Source: Williamsia sp.
Lineage (GTDB): Bacteria > Actinomycetota > Actinomycetes > Mycobacteriales > Mycobacteriaceae
Assembly: GCF_036566845.1 (NCBI RefSeq)
Contig: NZ_DATCVM010000115.1
Span: 26,852 to 90,851, forward strand
Length of the DNA: 64,000 bases
Reading direction: 5' to 3'
The position numbers were made by a program, and so were the translations under genes. Positions 1 through 8,543 of this stretch are shown piece by piece (position 1 is the stretch's first letter; each line of letters begins with the position of its first letter). A model generated the notes under the pieces. The model was not told the DNA's origin, searched no databases, and saw only the letters and a program-made list of their open reading frames with translations.

Positions 1-838
1 TGGCGTAGTCCCACACCGGCACCATCAGGTATCCGAGCTTGCGGCGCAACGGCTTCGACGCCGACGTGGCCAGCACCACCCGCGCCGCGTCCACCGTCCC
101 GTAACCCGTCCCGACTTCCACCCGATCCCCTGCCGAGGTCAACGACGTCACCTGACTGTGCTCGAACACACGGACCCCGAGACGTTCCGCCGCCGCGGCC
201 AGCCCCCAGGCCAGCTTCGCCGGGTCGATCATCATCACGTCCGGGTCATACATCGCGCCGTGTGCCAGAGGACTGCGCACATGCTTGGCCAGTTCGTCGC
301 GGTCGAGAAAGCGCAGCGGCTGATCGAGTTGTCGCCCTTGATCCACAACCTCTTCGAGCCCGGGAACCTGCCAGTCGAAGCTCGCCAGGTTGAGCTCACC
401 GGTGCGATCGGCATCTGCGTCGATCCCGAGCCGGGTGATCGCGTCGGCGATCGCATCGAGGGTCTCGACACCCATCCGCAACAGGTCCGCCAGTTCGTCG
501 GCGTAACGCTCCATGCCGTTGGTCAGCCCGTGCGTCAGACTCGCCGAACAGAATCCACCGTTGCGACCAGATGCCCCCTCTGCGATCCGATCGCCTTCGA
601 GGAGGACAACCGACCGCCCGGGGTTCGCCTCGGCGGCCTGGACCGCCGTCCACAGACCGGTGAAACCCCCACCGACAACAACGAGGTCGGCACTGTGCCG
701 CCCCGCCAGGCGGGCCCGTGCGGCGGGGCGCTCTGGCCGGTCCAGCCAGAACGGCGCCGGGGTCGCTCCGGCAACCATCGCGGTGCCACGCGCGGTGGGC
801 TCGAGCGCCCAGGCCGTCTCCGATCCCGAGGTGTTCAT
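1..838 (-). CDS. FAD-dependent oxidoreductase (PuuB/DadA-like amine oxidase family), 3'-truncated by the window edge
   Basis: Absent from the ORF track; translated manually from ATG 838 (ATGA overlap with the ALDH stop): MNTSGSET...PFWLDRPE...DLVVVGGGFTGLWTA (GxGxxG Rossmann motif); the window-edge end reads ...GVRVFEHSQVT...VVLAT. Frame open in the segments I read. Confidence 0.85.
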   Translation of the reverse strand, partial: MNTSGSETAWALEPTARGTAMVAGATPAPFWLDRPERPAARARLAGRHSADLVVVGGGFTGLWTAVQAAEANPGRSVVLLEGDRIAEGASGRNGGFCSASLTHGLTNGMERYADELADLLRMGVETLDAIADAITRLGIDADADRTGELNLASFDWQVPGLEEVVDQGRQLDQPLRFLDRDELAKHVRSPLAHGAMYDPDVMMIDPAKLAWGLAAAAERLGVRVFEHSQVTSLTSAGDRVEVGTGYGTVDAARVVLATSASKPLRRKLGYLMVPVWDYA

Positions 839-2328
839 TGCGGCAGCGTGAAAATCGTTCGGTGCCATGGTTTGTGCGGTACTCCTGTGATGTCACTCAT
901 CACGTGTTTGATGGTGAGGTATTCGTCGAGCGAGTAGGCGGACATGTCTTTGCCGAAGCCCGATGCACCCACGCCGCCGTGGGGCATCTCGCTGATGATT
1001 GGGATGTGGTCGTTGATCCACACACATCCGGCACGGACCTCCCGGGAAGCCCGTTGCGCCCGATACACATCCCGCGTCCACGCCGATGCGGCCAGACCAT
1101 AGACGGTGTCGTTGGCCATGCGCAGCGCGTCGTCGTCGTCGTCGAATGCACTGACGGTCAGGACCGGTCCGAAGATCTCGTCCCGATAGACCTCGGCGTC
1201 TTCGGGTACATCGGCGAGAACAGTAGGTGCGTAGAAGGCACCTCGTCCCTCGGGCGCCCGGCCACCGGTGACCAACCGGATGCCGGAACCGAGTGCGCGA
1301 TCGACCATGGCGGCCACCTTGTCCCGGTGGTGAATCGAGATCAGCGGTCCCATGTCGGTCGCCGGGTCGGTGGGGTCACCCACCGACATCTTCGACATGA
1401 GTTCGCCGACGCCGGCAACGAAGTCGTCATAGAGCGGGCGGGCGACGATGGCCCTCGTCGCTGCGGTGCAGTCCTGGCCGGAGTTGATCAGTGAGCCCGC
1501 CACGGCGCCATGGATCGCGGCCTCGAGGTCGGCATCATCGAAGACCACAAACGGCGCTTTGCCACCGAGTTCGAGCTGAACTCTGGTGCCGCGCGCGGCG
1601 GCCTGCGACATCACCTGGCGGCCGACACCAGTGGAGCCGGTGAACGTGACCAGGTCGACCCCGGTGTGACCCGCGATCGCGGCACCGACCTCGACCCCGG
1701 TTCCGGTGAGCACGTTGAAGACGCCGTCGGGAACACCGGCATCGGTGGCGAGCCGCGCCAGGGTGAGTGTGGTCAACGGGGTCAGCTCGGCGGGCTTGAG
1801 GACCACCGTGCACCCGGCGGCCAGCGCCGGGATCACCTTCCACACCGCCATCTGGAGCGGGTAGTTCCATGGCGTGATCGAACCGACCACGCCGACCGCT
1901 TCACGGCGAATCGACGACGTGTGGTCGCCCGAGTACTCGGCGCTCGCCTTGCCTTCGAGGTTGCGGGCCAGCCCGGCGAAGAACTCGGTGTTGTCGATCG
2001 AGCCCGGAACGTCGAACTCGGTGGCCAGTCGGATCGGCTTTCCGGTCTGGCGTACCTCTTCTGCGGCGAGTTCATCCGCGACCTCCGACATCGCGGACGC
2101 CAGTGACCGCAGCGTGGCACTCCGTTCGGCCGGGGTGGCACTCGCCCACTGCCCCAGCGCATCTCGTGCGACGCCCACGGCCTTGTCCACGTCAGCGGCC
2201 GTGGCCAGCGTCGTGGAGGCGACAACAGCGCCGGTTGCGGGATCGATGACATCGTGATCACCACCGGCACCCGGCAACGCGCGTCCATTCACCCATCCGG
2301 CGGCAAAATCCTCTGAACCGGTCGTCAT
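835..2328 (-). CDS. Aldehyde dehydrogenase, probably gamma-aminobutyraldehyde dehydrogenase
   Basis: ITPWNYPL, FTGSTGVG, LELGGKAP (catalytic Glu), GQDC (catalytic Cys), EIFGPV motifs; polyamine-catabolism context. Confidence 0.9.
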   Translation of the reverse strand: MTTGSEDFAAGWVNGRALPGAGGDHDVIDPATGAVVASTTLATAADVDKAVGVARDALGQWASATPAERSATLRSLASAMSEVADELAAEEVRQTGKPIRLATEFDVPGSIDNTEFFAGLARNLEGKASAEYSGDHTSSIRREAVGVVGSITPWNYPLQMAVWKVIPALAAGCTVVLKPAELTPLTTLTLARLATDAGVPDGVFNVLTGTGVEVGAAIAGHTGVDLVTFTGSTGVGRQVMSQAAARGTRVQLELGGKAPFVVFDDADLEAAIHGAVAGSLINSGQDCTAATRAIVARPLYDDFVAGVGELMSKMSVGDPTDPATDMGPLISIHHRDKVAAMVDRALGSGIRLVTGGRAPEGRGAFYAPTVLADVPEDAEVYRDEIFGPVLTVSAFDDDDDALRMANDTVYGLAASAWTRDVYRAQRASREVRAGCVWINDHIPIISEMPHGGVGASGFGKDMSAYSLDEYLTIKHVMSDITGVPHKPWHRTIFTLPQ

Positions 2329-2516
2329 ATCAGTCCTCGCGGGCGATCGTTTTCGGTTGGGGCTGACACCACCCTAGCCGATCGACTGTGCATTTCGCGA
2401 TGGATGCCGACACACGACGGAGGTTTTCCTCTGTTTCAGTTGCGGATTATTGCGGATTCCGTAGCATGTGGTGTGCAACGATCGAACCGAACTGCGCATC
2501 GAGAAGAATCAGGGCC

Positions 2517-2978
2517 ATGACCGAGCAACCGATAGTCCTGGACAACATCTCCAAGAAGATCATCGAGGAGTTGCAGGCCGATGGCCGCCGCTCGTACGCC
2601 TCGGTGGGCAAAGCGGTGGGTTTGTCGGAAGCCGCGGTGCGCAACCGGGTTCAGCGCCTGAGCGAGGCGGGCGTCCTCCAGATCGTGGCGGTGACCGATC
2701 CGATGCAGGTGGGCTTTGCCCGGCAGGCGATGATCGGGATCCGTTGCACCGGAGACACCGCAGCTCTGGGCGAGGCCCTCGCCGAGGTCGACGAGATCGA
2801 CTACGTGGTTCTCACCGCCGGATCCTTCGATGTGGTCATCGAAGTGGTCTGCGAAAACGACGAGCATCTCCTGGAGGTGCTGAACAAGAAAGTGCGATCG
2901 CAGCCTGGCGTGACCGGGACAGAAACCCTGGTCTATCTGAAATTGGTCAAACAACAATACAATTGGGGCACCCGATGA
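2517..2978 (+). CDS. Lrp/AsnC family transcriptional regulator
   Basis: N-terminal HTH (LDNISKKIIEELQADGRRSYASVGKAVGLSEAAVRNRVQRL) and RAM domain (AGSFDVVIEV); start placed at ATG 2517. Confidence 0.9.
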   Translation: MTEQPIVLDNISKKIIEELQADGRRSYASVGKAVGLSEAAVRNRVQRLSEAGVLQIVAVTDPMQVGFARQAMIGIRCTGDTAALGEALAEVDEIDYVVLTAGSFDVVIEVVCENDEHLLEVLNKKVRSQPGVTGTETLVYLKLVKQQYNWGTR

Positions 2979-4348
2979 CCGCAGTCGAGAACAACACCTC
3001 CACACTTGGCGCCCGCTCAGCACGCCACCTGTGGGGCCATTTCTCCAGACACGGCGACACGACCACACCACCTGTCATCACCCGCGGCGAAGGCGCCCGC
3101 ATCTTCGACGACCGCGGCCGCAGCTACCTCGACGGACTGTCGGGACTCTTTGTGGTGCAGGCCGGACACGGCCGCATCGAACTCGCCGAGGCCGCCGCCA
3201 AGCAGGCCAAGGAACTCGCGTTCTTCCCTCTCTGGTCCTATGCGACCCCACCGGCCATCGAATTGGCCGAACGCCTCGCACACCATACACCGGGCGACCT
3301 CAACCGGGTCTTCTTCACCACCGGCGGTGGCGAAGCCGTGGAAAGCGCATGGAAACTTGCCAAGCAGTACTTCAAGCTGACCGGCAAACCCGGCAAGCAC
3401 AAGGTCATCTCGCGGTCGATCGCCTATCACGGCACACCGCAGGGCGCGCTGGCGATCACCGGTATCCCGGCGCTGAAAGAGGCGTTCGAACCGCTCACAC
3501 CGGGCGCGTTCCGAGTACCGAACACCAACATCTACCGCGCCGGCGAGCACGGTGACGACCCCAAGGAATTCGGTATCTGGGCTGCCAACCGCATCGCCGA
3601 GGCCATCGAGTTCGAGGGGCCCGACACGGTTGCCGCGGTGTTCCTCGAGCCCGTGCAGAACGCGGGCGGCTGCTTCCCGCCACCGCCCGGTTACTTCCAG
3701 CGCGTCCGCGAGATCTGCGACCAGTACGATGTCCTCCTGGTCTCCGATGAGGTGATCTGTGCGTTCGGCCGGATCGGTTCGATGTTCGCCTGCAACGACT
3801 TCGACTACATACCCGACATCATCACCTGCGCGAAGGGCATGACCTCGGGCTACTCCCCGATCGGCGCGATGATCGCAACCGACCGGCTCTTCGAGCCCTT
3901 CAACGACAACGCCACATCGTTCGCCCACGGCTACACCTTTGGCGGACACCCGGTTTCGGCGGCCGTCGCACTCGCGAACCTCGACATCTTCGAGCGCGAG
4001 GGTCTCAATGATCGGGTCAAGACGCTGGCTCCGGACTTCCGGCGGACTCTCGAACGTCTGCACGACCTGCCGATCGTCGGAGACGTGCGGGGCGAGGGCT
4101 ACTTCTACGGCATCGAATTGGTGAAAGACAAGGCCACAAAGGAAACCTTCACACCCGATGAGGCCGAGCGGGTCCTGCGCGGTTTCCTGTCGACTGCATT
4201 GTTCGACGCCGGACTCTACTGCCGCGCCGACGATCGGGGCGACCCGGTGGTGCAACTCGCGCCTCCACTCACCTGCGGGCAGGCCGAGTTCGACGAGATC
4301 GAGCAGATCTTGCGCTCGGTGCTGACCGAGGCCTACACCAAGATCTGA
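2975..4348 (+). CDS. Class III PLP-dependent aminotransferase (putrescine/omega-amine transaminase, Rv3329-like)
   Basis: YLDGLSGL, FFTTGGGEAVE, LEPVQNAGG, DEVICAFGR, AKGMTSG (PLP Lys); ATG 2975 overlaps the Lrp stop. Confidence 0.9.
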   Translation: MTAVENNTSTLGARSARHLWGHFSRHGDTTTPPVITRGEGARIFDDRGRSYLDGLSGLFVVQAGHGRIELAEAAAKQAKELAFFPLWSYATPPAIELAERLAHHTPGDLNRVFFTTGGGEAVESAWKLAKQYFKLTGKPGKHKVISRSIAYHGTPQGALAITGIPALKEAFEPLTPGAFRVPNTNIYRAGEHGDDPKEFGIWAANRIAEAIEFEGPDTVAAVFLEPVQNAGGCFPPPPGYFQRVREICDQYDVLLVSDEVICAFGRIGSMFACNDFDYIPDIITCAKGMTSGYSPIGAMIATDRLFEPFNDNATSFAHGYTFGGHPVSAAVALANLDIFEREGLNDRVKTLAPDFRRTLERLHDLPIVGDVRGEGYFYGIELVKDKATKETFTPDEAERVLRGFLSTALFDAGLYCRADDRGDPVVQLAPPLTCGQAEFDEIEQILRSVLTEAYTKI

Positions 4349-4385
4349 GCAGACCGCCGGGGCCGACCGGGTAGCCCGGACCGGG

Positions 4386-5006
4386 TCAGATCCATCCGTG
4401 CCTACGGGCGATGAGCGCCGCCTCGTATCGGTTGGACGCGCCCAGTTTGGCCATCGCCGACGACAGGTAGTTACGGGTGGTACCGGCCGACAGATGCGCA
4501 CGCCTGGCTATTTCGTCCACCGATGCGCCGTCGATGGCGAATTCGAGGACGTCGGCTTCACGTGCGGTGAGCACCGTGTCGCCGGTGCTGATCGCTTCGG
4601 CGGCCAGTTCCGGATCCACGTGGCGGCCACCGTTGTTCACCCTACGGATCACAGTGGCGAGAGTGGCAGCCGACGTCGTCTTGGGCAGAAATCCCCGCAC
4701 CCCCGCGGTGAGCGCCCGCTTGAGATAGCCGGGCCGCCCGTGACTGGTGACGATCAGGATGCCGGCACCGGGTGTGAGAGCAAGAAGCTCGGTGGCGGTC
4801 TCGATGCCGTCGAGGCCGGGCATCTGCAGATCGATCACAGCAACGGCGGGCGGTTCGCCGTCGGCCACCCGTCCGCGCCACAGGCTCACGAGTTCCTCTC
4901 CCGAGTCGACATCCGCGACCACGTCGAGGTCGTCTTCGAGATCGAGCATCGCTGCCATCGCGGTGCGGACGAGATTTTCGTCGTCGGCAAGCAGTACCGG
5001 AATCAC
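4386..5006 (-). CDS. NarL/LuxR (DesR-like) response regulator
   Basis: Receiver (LLADDE, IDLQMPG, FLPK) plus HTH (LTAREADVL...TTRNYLSSAMAKLG); start GTG 5006 overlaps the kinase stop. Confidence 0.9.
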   Translation of the reverse strand: MIPVLLADDENLVRTAMAAMLDLEDDLDVVADVDSGEELVSLWRGRVADGEPPAVAVIDLQMPGLDGIETATELLALTPGAGILIVTSHGRPGYLKRALTAGVRGFLPKTTSAATLATVIRRVNNGGRHVDPELAAEAISTGDTVLTAREADVLEFAIDGASVDEIARRAHLSAGTTRNYLSSAMAKLGASNRYEAALIARRHGWI

Positions 5007-6157
5007 TTTTTCTCCCACTGTATTTCGAGAACGAAGGTCTCGCCGTTCCTGGTGGTGTCGAGCCCGGCACCGACGTACGCGAGTCGTTCCGCCAGGCCAC
5101 TGAGCCCGGAGTGATCATCCGGATCACCGACGTGGCCAATCGGGGTTCCGTTGTTACGCAGTGACATTCCCGCGGCACCGATCGTCAGCTTCGCCGAGGT
5201 GGCCGACGAATGCCGGACGATGTTGGTGGTTCCCTCTCGCACCACCCACGCAGCCACCTCGTGGAATTGCGCGGGCACCGCGGCAGGGTCGCCTTCGATG
5301 ACCAGCACACAGCCTGCCGCCGCCAGGAGTGAGCGCGCCCCGGCCACCTCACCGTCGAGGTTGATGTCGCGATAGCCGCGCACCAGCTCACGCATCTGGT
5401 CCATCGATTCGACTGCGAGCGCCTTCACGTCGTCCATCTCCGCCGCCGCTCTGTCACCGGCCCCGCCACGTGAAAGTGTTGCGGCCAGCTCACTTTTGAC
5501 CGCTATGGCGGAGAATCCGCGGCCGACCACATCGTGGAGGTCGCGGGAGAAGCGCAGTCGTTCCTCGGCAACCCGCAGCCGAGCCTCGACTCCCTTCGCC
5601 CGTTCCAGGTCATCGACGACCTCCAGGCCCCACAGCGTCAGCAGTGTGGTTGCGACGAGGAATCCCCCGATGAGGAACATGACCGCAGCCAACCGCAGAC
5701 CTGCGGCCGGAGACGCTCCGAGAGCCGCACCGGAGACGATGCTGATGCCGACGACGATCCACCATCTCCGGCGCAGAAACGAGACGATCGACAGCGTCGC
5801 GAGCAGGGCGGCAAAGATGCCGGTGACACGCGCGGCCTCGACGACGGATTCGGCGGAGGCCACGTTGGCGATGATCGCGCAGATGCCCCAGATCGACAGC
5901 AGAATCGCCGCGCCCGCCGAAAGCGCCCACCGCCGGAACCCGACCGCGGGAGACCCGGACAACGCTGGTTGGGCCTGCACGGCGACGACGGCTGCGGCGC
6001 CGCAGACGACGATGCCGGCCGCAGACCACGGCACCTCGGCGGTGGCCGCCGAAACGACCACCACCGCGGCGATGGCCCCTTCAAGGGTGAGCAACGTGTA
6101 GAGCCGGAACTTCACCGGCCCCGACAGCTCACGCCACCAGGAAGCCACCCGCATCAT
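5003..6157 (-). CDS. DesK-like membrane sensor histidine kinase (HisKA_3)
   Basis: Several TM helices, then RFSRDLHDVVG (phospho-His), REGTTNIVRHS and SGLSGLAERL boxes. Confidence 0.88.
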   Translation of the reverse strand: MMRVASWWRELSGPVKFRLYTLLTLEGAIAAVVVVSAATAEVPWSAAGIVVCGAAAVVAVQAQPALSGSPAVGFRRWALSAGAAILLSIWGICAIIANVASAESVVEAARVTGIFAALLATLSIVSFLRRRWWIVVGISIVSGAALGASPAAGLRLAAVMFLIGGFLVATTLLTLWGLEVVDDLERAKGVEARLRVAEERLRFSRDLHDVVGRGFSAIAVKSELAATLSRGGAGDRAAAEMDDVKALAVESMDQMRELVRGYRDINLDGEVAGARSLLAAAGCVLVIEGDPAAVPAQFHEVAAWVVREGTTNIVRHSSATSAKLTIGAAGMSLRNNGTPIGHVGDPDDHSGLSGLAERLAYVGAGLDTTRNGETFVLEIQWEKK

Positions 6158-6975
6158 CCGCGGTCGTCCCAGCGGAAGGTTGTTGCGACGATTCCGAGCG
6201 CCAACACGGTCCACACACCCAGTGTGGCAAGTGGCTGTGCCATCTCGGCGAAGGTACCCGCGAAATCCAGTGCCTCCTCGGATTCACCGGCGGTCGCCGG
6301 TGTACCTGCCACGCCGAGGGAGATCAGGTCCGACAGGGCCGCGAACGGTGTCCACGTGACCACATCGCCGAGACGGTCGGGAAGGATGTCGCGGATGGAT
6401 TCGAGGCCGATCATCGCGATCATCATCACCGGCAGCGAGGTGATCTGCGCCGCTTCGGCATTCTTGGTCACCGCGCTCGTCGCCAGTCCGAGCAGCGCGA
6501 ACACGATGATCCCGCCGGCCAGGGCAAGGATCAACGCAATCGGGTTGACCGGTGCCGGCGCACCGGCGCCATAGATCACCCCGGAGACGATGACCGCGCC
6601 GATCCCGGTGAGAATCGCGCCGGGCACAGCGGGTGCGGCCTGGATCTGCCAGTCCGCGGCCTCGCCTGTTCGGAGGCGCTTCAGCACACCTTCTCCCCTG
6701 CGAGTCGTGATCATCGACAGCACCGAGTAGTACTGCACGAACAGAAAGGCCATCAGCGCGAACATCTCGAGACCGGTGGTGGTCACCTCGGCCGTGGCAC
6801 CGGACTCGTTGCGGGCGATGAAGAACGTGGCGAGCGGAAGGGCCACCGGGAACACGGTTCCCAACGTCACCAGGGTCTTGTTGCGGACGAACTGCCGGTA
6901 TTCGGCCTTCGCGAGCGCCATGAGAGGGCGTCGGCCGTGGTCGGCGGCAGCGGGGGCGGTGGTGGTGATGGTCAT
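6154..6975 (-). CDS. ABC-2 type exporter permease
   Basis: About six hydrophobic segments; RRGEGVLKRLR motif; coupled by start/stop overlaps to the ATPase and kinase genes. Confidence 0.85.
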   Translation of the reverse strand: MTITTTAPAAADHGRRPLMALAKAEYRQFVRNKTLVTLGTVFPVALPLATFFIARNESGATAEVTTTGLEMFALMAFLFVQYYSVLSMITTRRGEGVLKRLRTGEAADWQIQAAPAVPGAILTGIGAVIVSGVIYGAGAPAPVNPIALILALAGGIIVFALLGLATSAVTKNAEAAQITSLPVMMIAMIGLESIRDILPDRLGDVVTWTPFAALSDLISLGVAGTPATAGESEEALDFAGTFAEMAQPLATLGVWTVLALGIVATTFRWDDRG

Positions 6976-7913
6976 CGGTGTGCTCCGATCATGTCCGGGG
7001 TGAACGCCGAGGATTCGGCAGGGTCGTGTGCGATGTCGAGGAACACCGATTCGAGAGATGCGGCGCGGGCCTCGAAACCACCGAGCCGGAGCCGGTTGGC
7101 TTCCGCCCAGGCCAACACCTCGGACAGGTGTCCTTGCAGGTCATGGGTGTACGCGGTGACGCGGGCCCCGGCATCGATCCGGGCGCCGGGTAGCGGCGGC
7201 AGCGCAAGTCCCGGGTGGTCGAAGATAATTCGCGCCGGATGCTCGTCGACGATGTCCCGGAGCGTGCCACGGCGCGCGATCTGACCTTTGTGCATGATCG
7301 CAATCCGGTCGGCCAGTGCCTCCGCCTCGTCGAGGTAGTGAGTGGTGAGCACCATCGTCACCCCCGATGCCTTCAGATCGGCCAGCAATTGCCATGTCGC
7401 ACGGCGACTTTCCGGATCGAGGCCGGTGGTCGGTTCATCGAGGAACAGCAGCCGTGGCTGCCCCAGGAGAGCGCACGCAAGGTCAACCCTGCGCTTTTCA
7501 CCGCCGGACAGCGCTCGGACGCGCACGTGCGCTCGGTCAGTGAGATTCACTTGCGTCAGGACCGCTTCAACGGTGGTCGGGTTCGAACACGTCCCGCGCC
7601 ACATCTCCAACGTCTCGGTGATCGTGAGTTCGGCCGGCAACCCACCGGACTGCAACATGATGCCCACTTGTGGACGGACGACCTTGCGGTCGCGGCGCGG
7701 GTCGACGCCGAAGACCTCGACGTCGCCGGAAGACGGTGCAACAAGGCCTTCCAGCATGTCGAAGGTCGACGTCTTACCGGCACCGTTGGTGCCGAGCAGC
7801 GCGAAGACCTCTCCCGCAGCGACATCGAGGTCGATGCCCTTGACCGCCTCGAACGCGTCACTGCCCTGGCCATAGACCCGGCGTAATCCGCGGGCGGTGA
7901 TCACGGCGTTCAT
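6972..7913 (-). CDS. ABC exporter ATP-binding protein
   Basis: Walker A GTNGAGKT, LSGGE signature, Walker B LLFLDEPT, H-loop THY; start placed at ATG 7913. Confidence 0.92.
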   Translation of the reverse strand: MNAVITARGLRRVYGQGSDAFEAVKGIDLDVAAGEVFALLGTNGAGKTSTFDMLEGLVAPSSGDVEVFGVDPRRDRKVVRPQVGIMLQSGGLPAELTITETLEMWRGTCSNPTTVEAVLTQVNLTDRAHVRVRALSGGEKRRVDLACALLGQPRLLFLDEPTTGLDPESRRATWQLLADLKASGVTMVLTTHYLDEAEALADRIAIMHKGQIARRGTLRDIVDEHPARIIFDHPGLALPPLPGARIDAGARVTAYTHDLQGHLSEVLAWAEANRLRLGGFEARAASLESVFLDIAHDPAESSAFTPDMIGAHR

Positions 7914-8066
7914 CGCTGACCCCACTTCCGGTCCGAGACGGCGACAACACGGATTGTCAATGGATAGTCGTTCGGTGTTGTGTTCATGACTCCACCCTCG
8001 CCGAGCCCGGTCCCCACCAGTAGTGCGCGCAATCATCAATCCGGCGTGCACTTCTCACGACCTGCC

Positions 8067-8082
8067 GATGACAAATGTCATC
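8067..8082. promoter_or_regulatory. Palindrome GATGACA-AA-TGTCATC, candidate operator for the adjacent NarL-type regulator
   Basis: 7-bp perfect inverted arms upstream of the ABC-TCS operon; the cognate factor is inferred. Confidence 0.45.
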
Positions 8083-8543
8083 TCGCTTTCTCGAGCGGCC
8101 GATGATCGATACCGATGAGCTCGAACCGAGCACCGAAAATTGCATGTGCCCCGACACAAACTCGATGAATGCACTCGCCACCACTGCGAATGTGCCGCCG
8201 GGCGTTCGGAAATGTCGCCGTGACAAAAGCGCGCGCGACCATGATATTCAGCGGCCGACATCTCTCGAAGGCGAAATCAATACCAATTCCCGTCGCCACT
8301 CGTGGCACGCAGAGGCACCTCTGATCGCCTTGTCCCACGACGAGGACCTACTCAATCGAAGGTTTGCGGCAAACCCCACAGTGCAGATGTGTCGTTTGTC
8401 GACAGAATCCGAGTTCACGGCGTCATTCAGACCAGACGCTTGCCCTCGATATTTCTACAAGGCAGGCACCGACCAGGTAACGCGAAAGAAAATAGAACAG
8501 GTTCATGCACGTTTATTTGTTTCTTACGTTTACGATTACCGGG

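Noticed and set aside
8361-8420. GGCAAACC as a c-di-GMP-I riboswitch ahead of the EPS-like operon
   Set aside because: No GNRA-capped stem or downstream GACGCAAAGC-type element; the octamer is simply half of a palindrome.
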